Shown here piece after piece: positions 17,293-25,692 of a stretch of DNA of 64,000 nt. How positions within the stretch are numbered: the first letter of the stretch is position 1; the number at the start of each line of letters is the position of its first letter. The DNA is taken from the NCBI GenBank assembly GCA_017528205.1, contig JAFXPE010000032.1, positions 6,430 to 70,429 of the forward strand, given 5' to 3'. Source of the stretch: Alphaproteobacteria bacterium. GTDB taxonomy: Bacteria > Pseudomonadota > Alphaproteobacteria > RF32 > CAG-239. The position numbers and the translations under genes were made by a program. The notes under the pieces were generated by a model that saw only the letters and a list, made by a program, of their open reading frames with translations, had not been told where the DNA came from and did not search any database.

Positions 17293-19842
17293 TTATTCAC
17301 GTCCGCCGCGACGACGGTTCATTTTTTTCTGTTTGCGATTGAATTTTCCTTTTGGTTTAGAGGCTTCCTGTTCCAACCATTCCTTATAAGTCATGCGCTC
17401 AATCGAACCGTGGTCCTTATGCTTTTTAGATTGCTGACGCACCCGAATTTCAATATTCGATGCCGACATACCCTCGTTTTCCAGCTCCTCGGCTTTTTCC
17501 ACCGCCTTGCGCATCATATAATCGCCGTCAATGCCTTCACGTTTTTTACCGGTAACATTCATCACCGTAAACAAATGCTCTTGCATCATCAAATTATGGT
17601 CACACAAATCAAAAATAAACAGGTTATTATATCCGGCGCCGGTAATACTGCTGGCACGAACGCAAACCCATTTCTGTCGTTCAAACGAAATCCCTTCCTG
17701 CTTTTTGGTGCCGGCGGAATTGATTAAAAGCGCATCGGAATTAAGACATAAGAAAGGCTTACCCCGTTGTTCGGAAACAATTTCCAACAACGCCGGCAAT
17801 TGCTCTTTATCGCCGTGAACCGCAACGTTAACGATTTCCTGCTCACCGCTTGCCAATTTTTCCTTATTTTTGCAATTTTCAAGCGTCATCTTATGAAACA
17901 GCAGGGTTTCTTCTTTGGTGGCGTGACCGGTACGCTGATACATTACATCGCCGTTTAACACAACTGTTGCCCCCAAACTTTGTATTTTTGCCACCGTCTC
18001 GCGATGCTTGGCTCCGTTAATCGACTCAATCGGACGTTGACGCAACATAAACAAAGTGTTGGCATCAACCGTAAACAGCGGATGTCCGGTATCGCCCTTG
18101 CCTTTAACTTTGCCGTCTTTGCCGACCGACACTTTATTTTGTTCACTCATCAACACCAAACACGACTTACGTCCGGCTTTATCCTCGGCAAACGCCCCGC
18201 TGATAATCATATAGCGCTGTTCCGGCGGATATTTATTCAAATATTTCTGAATATCTGCTTTATCTAAGTCATTCGCGCCGTATATAACATCTTCTATGTT
18301 GATTTTTTCGCCGTTCGGAAACTTCATCAATTCGGTAATAGCTTCAGCCTTAGTCTTAATACCGGCAATCATTGTTTCCTTTTCTTTTTGCGTTAATTCG
18401 GAATCTTTATTGATTTGTGCAATCATTTTGGTCACGGTTTGCTCTTTATTTTTCAGCAAAGCCACCAAGGTTTTCGTAGCGTCGCGCAAGCCCTGACTGC
18501 CGATTAACACCGTTCTTCCAGTCAACGCCGCACTTTTTATATCAATTGCCAAATTCTGCACACTGCGCGCAATCACCGGCGAAAAAATCTGCTTTTCCGG
18601 ATGTTTGGTGATTTCATTATAGGTATTTTCCACTGCCGTATTAAAATCCGGAATTCTGCGTTCATCGTTTTCATCGGTCATTTCCGTGGTTGCCGAGGTT
18701 GAATCCATAAATATGTGCGTAACATTTTTGCGGGCAATAAATTTTTTATAATCCTCGGCGTCAAAGCCTTCACCGAACGGAACTTTATCCAAGTGATAAT
18801 CGCCGGTAAACAACAATCCGGCATTATCCTTGCCGTTTATGGTGGTGGCAACATGAAAACCCAACGCTCCGGCCGTGGAGTGCGAAATATTAAACGGTGA
18901 AACCTTCATATTGTCGCCGATTTCCACCAGCTCACCTTGTTTAACGGTTTCTATTTCCGGCACAAATTCTGCCGGAACACTGTTCTTGCGCATTTGTGTA
19001 TAAATAAAATTACGCGTAAATTCGCTGGTATATATCTTCGGCAACTTAAATTTTGCCGCCGCCAAAAATACCAGCGCCCCGATGTGGTCCTCGTGGCAGT
19101 GAGTTACAAACATAGCATCAATCGGCTTCTCCGCCTTGCCGTACGGACTGTCAAAATACGGCCGCATATCCGGAATCGCCGAATCATAACCTATCCAATC
19201 CGGCGGAAACATTGCGCCGTCATCAATCAAAATCCGCCCCACCGGTTTATCCGGCTCGCTGTGTTCAATTAAAATACTGCTGGCGCCGATGCGATATTCA
19301 TTGTTACCGCCCAAAAAATCAACTCGGGTACCATAACCCTCGTCGTTCATTATTTTTGCCGCTTTCTTTTTCTCTTTATACTGCGTAAACGGATTATTTT
19401 CCGGAACAAGTTGTTTTTCTATATGAGTTGCTTCTTTTAACAAAAGCTTCTTTTTCATTTCGGCTTCTCTTTCGGCTCTTTCCTGCTTCAAGCGTTCCTC
19501 CTCGCCGTTCAGTGCCTCCATTAACTCCGCATTTTCCGCATCCGGCAAATCGGCCAAAGACATCGCCGCAATCTCTGCATAATTTTCATCACGGAAATGC
19601 ACCGTAAAATCTTCATCCGGCCCTTCATAATGAGCATCTTTTTTATATACTCGAGTTGATTTTATATTCGGATTTTTTTGCAAATACTCATATAATTTCA
19701 CAATCTGATGCTCATTAAGCACACAGTTATTTTGAATTATTTTAACGTTTTTGGATTCATCTTCATCGCAAAAAATTTTGACCGAACCGTCACCGTCGTT
19801 ATAATACCCCGGTCTTTCTCTTAATGTTTTAAATTGACTCAT
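17293..19842 (-). CDS. RNase J-like metallo-beta-lactamase / beta-CASP hydrolase with a ~190-aa N-terminal extension and a basic C-terminal tail
   Basis: Track ORF reaches 19902. I prefer ATG 19842 (GGAGAG 8 nt upstream). It carries HCHEDHIGAL (the HxHxDH motif), later FTGDYHLD and MDSTSA, and AVHGD near the C-terminal part. The tail is KPKGKFNRKQKKMNRRRGGRE. Confidence 0.7.
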   Translation of the reverse strand: MSQFKTLRERPGYYNDGDGSVKIFCDEDESKNVKIIQNNCVLNEHQIVKLYEYLQKNPNIKSTRVYKKDAHYEGPDEDFTVHFRDENYAEIAAMSLADLPDAENAELMEALNGEEERLKQERAEREAEMKKKLLLKEATHIEKQLVPENNPFTQYKEKKKAAKIMNDEGYGTRVDFLGGNNEYRIGASSILIEHSEPDKPVGRILIDDGAMFPPDWIGYDSAIPDMRPYFDSPYGKAEKPIDAMFVTHCHEDHIGALVFLAAAKFKLPKIYTSEFTRNFIYTQMRKNSVPAEFVPEIETVKQGELVEIGDNMKVSPFNISHSTAGALGFHVATTINGKDNAGLLFTGDYHLDKVPFGEGFDAEDYKKFIARKNVTHIFMDSTSATTEMTDENDERRIPDFNTAVENTYNEITKHPEKQIFSPVIARSVQNLAIDIKSAALTGRTVLIGSQGLRDATKTLVALLKNKEQTVTKMIAQINKDSELTQKEKETMIAGIKTKAEAITELMKFPNGEKINIEDVIYGANDLDKADIQKYLNKYPPEQRYMIISGAFAEDKAGRKSCLVLMSEQNKVSVGKDGKVKGKGDTGHPLFTVDANTLFMLRQRPIESINGAKHRETVAKIQSLGATVVLNGDVMYQRTGHATKEETLLFHKMTLENCKNKEKLASGEQEIVNVAVHGDKEQLPALLEIVSEQRGKPFLCLNSDALLINSAGTKKQEGISFERQKWVCVRASSITGAGYNNLFIFDLCDHNLMMQEHLFTVMNVTGKKREGIDGDYMMRKAVEKAEELENEGMSASNIEIRVRQQSKKHKDHGSIERMTYKEWLEQEASKPKGKFNRKQKKMNRRRGGRE

Positions 19843-19975
19843 TGAAAACTCTCCAGCACAAAAAAGCGTTTGGTTACGTATATAATACATAATTTTTGAC
19901 AAAAATCAATTATTATTTGCAGAATCTTGAAAATTCTTTTTGAATGGTTATTTTTGCAAAAAGGAGGATGCTGAA

Positions 19976-20455
19976 ATGTTTGATAAACCCGTTTACAATT
20001 TTTTATACAGCCTGATTTTGGTGCTGATAACCGCCGCCTTTTGCTCATATTTTAACCGCATCGGTATGCAAAATTTTTATTCTGACATAAAATTATCGGC
20101 CTTAACCCCGCCAAACATAGTTTTTCCCTTTGTTTGGGCCGTTTTATACATTTTGTTGACCATGGCCTTTTATTTTGTATTGAACAATGCCGATAAAACG
20201 CTTATCCGGCCGGCCGCAACTTTGTTTACCTTCAATATGTTTCTGCAGGTTTTGTGGACTTTTGTGTTTTTTTACAATGCCTATTTTTTCAGCGGTTTTA
20301 TGGTTTTAATCATCTTAGATTTTGCCGGCGCTTTGCTGGTTTGGGCTTTTTATCAAATAAATCGCACTTCTGGACTTATGCTGATTCCGTACTTTTTGTG
20401 GCTTTTGTTTGCCACCTATTTAAACTGGGCGGTTGTATTGCTCAATCACTCTTAA
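19976..20455 (+). CDS. tspO: TspO/MBR tryptophan-rich sensory protein
   Basis: AAGGAGG lies 7 nt before ATG 19976. It has five TM segments and the signatures PPNIVFPFVWAVLYILL and YFLWLLFATYLNW. Confidence 0.85.
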   Translation: MFDKPVYNFLYSLILVLITAAFCSYFNRIGMQNFYSDIKLSALTPPNIVFPFVWAVLYILLTMAFYFVLNNADKTLIRPAATLFTFNMFLQVLWTFVFFYNAYFFSGFMVLIILDFAGALLVWAFYQINRTSGLMLIPYFLWLLFATYLNWAVVLLNHS

Positions 20456-20476
20456 ATTTGACAAAATTCAATTTTC

Positions 20477-20502
20477 AGACCGCAATATCGGCGGTCTTTT
20501 TT
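20477..20502 (+). terminator. intrinsic terminator after tspO
   Basis: AGACCGC (20477-20483) / GCGGTCT (20491-20497) hairpin followed by TTTTTT. Confidence 0.7.
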
Positions 20503-20584
20503 GCCTTTTAAAGCGAAAATTATTTATTGAAAAAAGCGCAAATCCGTATTAAAAATACTGCAAACAATCAACAGGGGCAAAAAA

Positions 20585-21820
20585 ATGATTACGGCAACAC
20601 AATACATCGGCAAAACGATTTATGTAAAAATTGACCGTCCGCTCGGCAGCAAACACCCGAAACACGGCTTTGTTTATCCGCTTAATTACGGCTTCGTGCC
20701 AAACACCGTTTCCGGCGACGGCGAAGAATTGGACGCTTATGTTTTGGGCATAAATCAGCCGCTCGCCGACTTTACCGGCAAATGTATCGCCGTAATTCAC
20801 CGCACCGACGATGATGACGACAAATTGATTATTGTTCCGCAAAACAGCGCTTTTACCGACGAAGAAATAGAAAAGCAAACCGCTTTTCAGGAGCAATGGT
20901 TCAAACACATTTTAATCCGTAATCCCAATGTTAGCAAAACTCATTTCGGTATATACGGCATTATCTGCCGCAACAACCAAATTCTGCTCATCAAAAAAGC
21001 TCGCGGTCCGTATACCGGAATGTTTGACCTCCCCGGCGGTTCGCCCGAAAAAGGCGAAAACGAGGAGCAAACTCTGCGTCGTGAAATTGCCGAAGAAACC
21101 GGCTGTTCAGTCGTTAAAAGCGACAATCGGCGTTTTAAATCGGTAATTTTCGGAGATTTTACCCCGCAAAGCGGCGAGCACGGAGTTTTGCAACATAATG
21201 CCGTATTGTTTGATATTGAAATTTCCGGAACACCGTTAACCGATGGCGACGGCAGAGATTCCGGCGGCTGTGTATGGATTGATGCGGCCGATTTAAACGC
21301 CCAAAACGCCACGCCTTACGCCTTAATCGGCGCCGACAAACCGCTGATTGCCGTTTCTGATGCCAACGACAACGCCATCAGCACCCACATTCGTCGCACT
21401 CCGTTGCCGCAAGGCCGCTATATTATGGTGTCGGCAGTTTTAATGTTTAACTCGGCCGGAAATCTGATTATGCAAAAAATTGCCGCTCACAAAAATTGGG
21501 GCGGTTTATGGACTTACTCCGCCGCCGGTCATGTTGATGCCGGCGAAACTTACGAACAAGCGGCCGTCCGCGAACTCAAGGAAGAAATGAACGTTTCGGC
21601 GCAAATGAAAAAAGAATTGCCGCCTGTTCCCGTTTTCAAAGACGGAAAATTATTTTCCCGCCATCACGTTTTTATAACCCGTTCCGATGCTAAAATCACT
21701 CCAGATCCGTTTGAAGTGGCCGAAATAAAAGAAATTTCTTTGCCGGAATTAAAATCCCAAATCAAAGCCAATCCGGATAATTTTTTTCCGCCTTTTGTGG
21801 CCGCAATTAACAATTTATAA
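20585..21820 (+). CDS. three-domain fusion: short inorganic-pyrophosphatase-like domain plus two Nudix hydrolase domains
   Basis: 411 aa.
- N-terminus: YPLNYGFVPNT..SGDGEELDAYVLG resembles family-I PPase motifs.
- First Nudix box: GGSPEKGENEEQTLRREIAEETG.
- Second Nudix box: AAGHVDAGETYEQAAVRELKEEMN. Confidence 0.75.
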   Translation: MITATQYIGKTIYVKIDRPLGSKHPKHGFVYPLNYGFVPNTVSGDGEELDAYVLGINQPLADFTGKCIAVIHRTDDDDDKLIIVPQNSAFTDEEIEKQTAFQEQWFKHILIRNPNVSKTHFGIYGIICRNNQILLIKKARGPYTGMFDLPGGSPEKGENEEQTLRREIAEETGCSVVKSDNRRFKSVIFGDFTPQSGEHGVLQHNAVLFDIEISGTPLTDGDGRDSGGCVWIDAADLNAQNATPYALIGADKPLIAVSDANDNAISTHIRRTPLPQGRYIMVSAVLMFNSAGNLIMQKIAAHKNWGGLWTYSAAGHVDAGETYEQAAVRELKEEMNVSAQMKKELPPVPVFKDGKLFSRHHVFITRSDAKITPDPFEVAEIKEISLPELKSQIKANPDNFFPPFVAAINNL

Positions 21821-21874
21821 AAACATATTCCTTATACTTTCCTTGCTCTTAACATTTGATATAAGGAAAATTTT

Positions 21875-23824
21875 ATGCATGGGTTACATCCGCTGATTGT
21901 TGATTTAACGCTAATCACCATATACGCAGCCATTACCACGCTTTTGTTTAAAAAAATTAAACAGCCGATGGTTTTGGGTTATTTGCTGGCCGGAATTTTC
22001 GCCGGTCCGTATTTTAATTTGGTGCCAACCGTGACCGACCGCGCCAATTTGGCTTTATGGGCAGACATCGGAGTTATTTTCTTGTTATTCAGCTTGGGTT
22101 TGGAATTCAGCGTTAAAAAAATGCTCTCGGTAGGAAAATCGGCAATTATTACCGCCACCCTCAACATTTTTCTTATGCTTTTTGTCGGCTATTACATCGG
22201 CATGCTCATCGGTTGGAGCACCACCGACAGCTTTTTCCTCGGCTCGATGATATCCATGTCTTCAACCACCATCATTATCAAAGCTTTTGATGATTTAAAC
22301 ATCAAAAAACAAAAATTTACCGATTTGGTTTTCGGAATTTTAGTTATTGAAGATATTGCCGGCGTGTTAATGTTGGTTATTTTACCGACGGTTGCGGTCG
22401 GAAAAGGCTTTGACGGCAGTCAAATCGGACTGAGCATTCTTAAACTCACGGCATTTTTAATATTGTGTTTTGTAACCGGAATTTATTTGATTCCCACCGC
22501 TTTGCGCAAAATACAAAATTTTTTGAATGACGAAATGCTCTTACTGGTTGCCGTGGCACTGTGCCTGATTATGGTATATTTGGCCGTATATTTCGGCTTT
22601 TCATCGGCCTTGGGCGCTTTCGTTATGGGCTCGATTTTATCCGAAACCGGCATTATCGAACGTATCGAACACATCATCAAGCCTCTGAAAGACTTTTTCG
22701 GCGCGGTATTTTTCGTTACCGTCGGCATGATGGTAAATCCGCAAATGTTCATCACCTACGCCTATCCTATCGGCGTAATTACCTTGGTTGTTTTAATCGG
22801 TATGGTTGTCTTTTCGATTTTCGGTTTGGTTATTTCCGGCCAGAATCTGAAAACTGCCGTTTCCTGCGGCTTTTCTTTGGCTCAGGTTGGTGAATTTGCT
22901 TTTATTATTGCCACTTTGGGCATGAGCCTGCATGTTCTTGACGACTTTGTTTATCCGATTATTGTGGCGGTTTCGGTTATTACCACTTTCTTAACCCCGA
23001 TTATGATAAAATCGGCCGGCAGAGCACAAAAAATTATTGAAAACATTTTGCCGGAAAAATGGCTGACTTATATCAATCAAAATGCCAAAAGCCGATCCAA
23101 AGACAAAACTGAAGACAAGCTGTGGCTCGATTTGTTTAAAAGTATGTTTATCCGCCTGTTCATCTTTTCATTTATCTTAACCGCCATCATTGTTTGCGTA
23201 AATCTTTGGATTCGTCCTTATGCTCTAAAATGGTTGCCAAATATTTTGGCTCGCCTGCTTACCACAGCCATCACTCTGCTTTTAATGTCACCGTTCTTAA
23301 AAGGTTTGGTCGGCTGGAACAATTTGCCATCGGGCAAAATCAAAACTTTTTTTGATAAAATCACCATTCCGGAAAAAATCAAAGAATTGCAACCCAAAAT
23401 CAAGTTATTACGGAATAATCAGACACCGAATAGCGGAAATATAGTTAAAAAACACGTTTTTATGATGCCGCAACACTTAAAAACAGTTATTAAGGAAAAC
23501 ACTGACTCGGTTAAAAACATTATATCCAAAGACCGAATATCCCGCATTTATACCGACCTGTGGTTTGCCAACAAAACCAACCGCCTAGCTTTGCTTATTT
23601 TTACCAGCTTTCGAATGCTAATAGTTTCATTTTTCATTGTCACCACCGTGCACCTGTTTTTAACCGAAAATCCAAAAGTAATATTTTTGCTTCTGTTGGC
23701 GACAATTTGGATGATTATGCGCTCTAAATGGCTACTCAACCAATATATAAAAATCGAAAGTCGCTTTTTAGATAATTTAAACGGTGAAGATGAAATCAGT
23801 GAAATCGAAGAAAATCCCGAATAA
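21875..23824 (+). CDS. cation:proton antiporter (CPA2 / Kef-type Na_H_exchanger family) with an extra C-terminal membrane region
   Basis: 649 aa and polytopic. The N-terminus ...QPMVLGYLLAGIFAGP...ADIGVIFLLFSLGLEFS is typical of the CPA2 family. No TrkA/RCK domain was noticed. Confidence 0.8.
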   Translation: MHGLHPLIVDLTLITIYAAITTLLFKKIKQPMVLGYLLAGIFAGPYFNLVPTVTDRANLALWADIGVIFLLFSLGLEFSVKKMLSVGKSAIITATLNIFLMLFVGYYIGMLIGWSTTDSFFLGSMISMSSTTIIIKAFDDLNIKKQKFTDLVFGILVIEDIAGVLMLVILPTVAVGKGFDGSQIGLSILKLTAFLILCFVTGIYLIPTALRKIQNFLNDEMLLLVAVALCLIMVYLAVYFGFSSALGAFVMGSILSETGIIERIEHIIKPLKDFFGAVFFVTVGMMVNPQMFITYAYPIGVITLVVLIGMVVFSIFGLVISGQNLKTAVSCGFSLAQVGEFAFIIATLGMSLHVLDDFVYPIIVAVSVITTFLTPIMIKSAGRAQKIIENILPEKWLTYINQNAKSRSKDKTEDKLWLDLFKSMFIRLFIFSFILTAIIVCVNLWIRPYALKWLPNILARLLTTAITLLLMSPFLKGLVGWNNLPSGKIKTFFDKITIPEKIKELQPKIKLLRNNQTPNSGNIVKKHVFMMPQHLKTVIKENTDSVKNIISKDRISRIYTDLWFANKTNRLALLIFTSFRMLIVSFFIVTTVHLFLTENPKVIFLLLLATIWMIMRSKWLLNQYIKIESRFLDNLNGEDEISEIEENPE

Positions 23825-23831
23825 ATTTTCT

Positions 23832-24101
23832 TTATTCCCTACCGTATTTATTTTTTATTATGATGTATAAAATAATTGCCGCAAACACCAAAGAAATCGT
23901 GTTGAATAACATCATTTGAATTGAATGCAAATAAATTCCGTAGGCAATCCAACACAGCATTCCTATACAATAAATAACATAGGTGCCGAAAGACAAACCG
24001 CTGACATCTTTGGTTTTAATGGTTTGAACCGACTGCGGCAAAAACACTATTGCCGTGCAAATTCCGGCAACATAACCCAATAACTCTCCGATAAAATCCA
24101 T
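23832..24101 (-). CDS. SemiSWEET / PQ-loop sugar transporter half-unit
   Basis: 89 aa, three TM helices, with the LPQ motif (IVFLPQSVQTIKTKD) in TM1. Confidence 0.8.
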   Translation of the reverse strand: MDFIGELLGYVAGICTAIVFLPQSVQTIKTKDVSGLSFGTYVIYCIGMLCWIAYGIYLHSIQMMLFNTISLVFAAIILYIIIKNKYGRE

Positions 24102-24110
24102 AGATCTTCC

Positions 24111-24806
24111 TTAATAAAATTTCAAAGCAACAGTGCAAGTTTTTCTCAAGCAATCACAAGCATTCATCGCCTGCCATTTCGTCATTGTTTGACGATGAAT
24201 TTCGCCATTATCCTTAGATTTGAAAGTTTCTCCCGGATTATCTTCCAACAGATAATAGTTAATATTCTCTACTCCGTTATAAGGTTCGTGCCTGGAAATA
24301 TACGAAGCCTCAATACCCATAAAGTTAGGTGCAATTGCTTTCCAATTGACTATCGCTAAATCAATACACTCTTCACGCCGTAATTCCGTAAACACCACAA
24401 TATAGGCGCCAAGTCCGTCATATCTGGCATTAAACATTTTTTCTTCGCGCTTAATAAAGAAATAATTGCGACGCTCTTCCAACGTACGCGGAGATTCCAA
24501 AAACATCATTTTTCCGCCGAAACGACTATACATTTCGTTACCGTTTTCGGTTTGCTTTATTTTAACATCCATAGGAAAGAATTCACTATAGCTTACATAG
24601 TCGGCGTTAAAATCCTTATATTTCATATTTTCGTAATTGCTTTTTACTTTATTTACAAAGAAAACAATATCTTTTTGAGTTTGATAAACTCTGTTTTTGG
24701 TAACTCGCAAACAAAAAATATATAAAATCAAAAACAAGAATATCACCGGCATAGCGTAAAAAAGGAATTTTAACACTTTTTTTAAAAATAAACCCAGCTT
24801 GCCCAT
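24111..24806 (-). CDS. hypothetical membrane-anchored protein
   Basis: 231 aa. One N-terminal TM segment (FLFYAMPVIFLFLILYIFCL) and a C-terminal CDC..C cysteine cluster. No family recognised. Confidence 0.6.
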   Translation of the reverse strand: MGKLGLFLKKVLKFLFYAMPVIFLFLILYIFCLRVTKNRVYQTQKDIVFFVNKVKSNYENMKYKDFNADYVSYSEFFPMDVKIKQTENGNEMYSRFGGKMMFLESPRTLEERRNYFFIKREEKMFNARYDGLGAYIVVFTELRREECIDLAIVNWKAIAPNFMGIEASYISRHEPYNGVENINYYLLEDNPGETFKSKDNGEIHRQTMTKWQAMNACDCLRKTCTVALKFY

Positions 24807-24879
24807 AGGAAACCTCCTTATTACTCAAATTTGAGGATAACATTATTTTCTTATTTTGCAACCTTCTTTATTTTGTATG

Positions 24880-25533
24880 TTAATATTTGCGAATTATACC
24901 TGATAAAACGCCTTGTATTTTTACGCGTTCTGCTTCGATAATTCTGGTTTTATAATCTTTATTGCACGGAATTAACTGTACATACATTCCATCTTTTTTC
25001 AAAACCTTAAGCGTTGCTTCCTGATTATCCACCAGTGCCACTACAATTTTGCCGTTATCCGCCTGATTTTGTTTGCGAATAATAGCTGTATCGCCATCCA
25101 TTATACCGGCCTCAATCATAGAATCTCCCTCAATTTTAAGGGCATAAAACTGACCGGTGGAAACCATATTGAACGGAACGGCAATGGTTTCTGTTTCATC
25201 AGCAATAGCCTCAATCGGCGTTCCTGCCGCTATTTTGCCGTAAAGCGGAATTTGCACCGAACCGTTCTGAATAGCTTGCTCACGCTTTTTTTCTTCTTCT
25301 ATAATGGCCTGCGGCTTAAAACGCGGCATTCTGACAACTTCCATTGCCCGCGCTTTATGCGGCAGCCGGCGAATAAAATTGCGCTCCTCCAACGAAGTTA
25401 TCAAAGCGTGGATACCCGATTTTGACTTTAAACCTATTGCATCTTTCATTTCATCAAAAGACGGACATTGACCGGTTTCTTTGTTAACCTTGTTAATAAA
25501 CATCAGTAAATTATATTGTTTTTCCGTCAGCAT
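24880..25533 (-). CDS. lexA: LexA SOS repressor (full length, S24 peptidase)
   Basis: MLTEKQYNLLMFI...GLKSKSGIHALITSLEERNFIRRL winged HTH. It has the long linker typical of alphaproteobacterial LexA. The AAG cleavage site, the GDSM serine and the downstream Lys are all present. I chose the second ATG (25533) because AAGGAG directly abuts the first (25539). Confidence 0.92.
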   Translation of the reverse strand: MLTEKQYNLLMFINKVNKETGQCPSFDEMKDAIGLKSKSGIHALITSLEERNFIRRLPHKARAMEVVRMPRFKPQAIIEEEKKREQAIQNGSVQIPLYGKIAAGTPIEAIADETETIAVPFNMVSTGQFYALKIEGDSMIEAGIMDGDTAIIRKQNQADNGKIVVALVDNQEATLKVLKKDGMYVQLIPCNKDYKTRIIEAERVKIQGVLSGIIRKY

Positions 25534-25554
25534 GGGCATCTCCTTATAAAATTT

Positions 25555-25589
25555 GTTCTATTTTAGTTCTATAAAAAAACAAAAGTCAA
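25555..25589 (-). promoter_or_regulatory. lexA promoter with an overlapping alphaproteobacterial SOS box (GTTC-N7-GTTC)
   Basis: The plus strand reads GTTC TATTTTA GTTC at 25555-25569. On the minus strand, -35 TTGACT (25589-25584), an 18-nt spacer and -10 TAAAAT (25565-25560) place the box across the -10 element. Confidence 0.75.
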
Positions 25590-25620
25590 GCCCTATTTGC
25601 ACATTTTTAATCAAAGCAAC

Positions 25621-25657
25621 AAAAAAGGAGAATCTCCGCGGGGAAATTCTCCTTTTT
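25621..25657 (-). terminator. intrinsic terminator after ppdK
   Basis: GGAGAAT (25627-25633) / ATTCTCC (25646-25652) hairpin flanked by an A-run and a T-run. It has hairpin-plus-U-tract geometry on both strands. Confidence 0.6.
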
Positions 25658-25692
25658 CAAACTGCATAACACTAAGGTTATACAAGCTTTTA

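Noticed and set aside
20549-20908. 119-aa minus-strand ORF overlapping the start of the PPase-Nudix gene.
   Set aside because: It is antisense to a CDS with three recognisable domains. It has no RBS and no motif.
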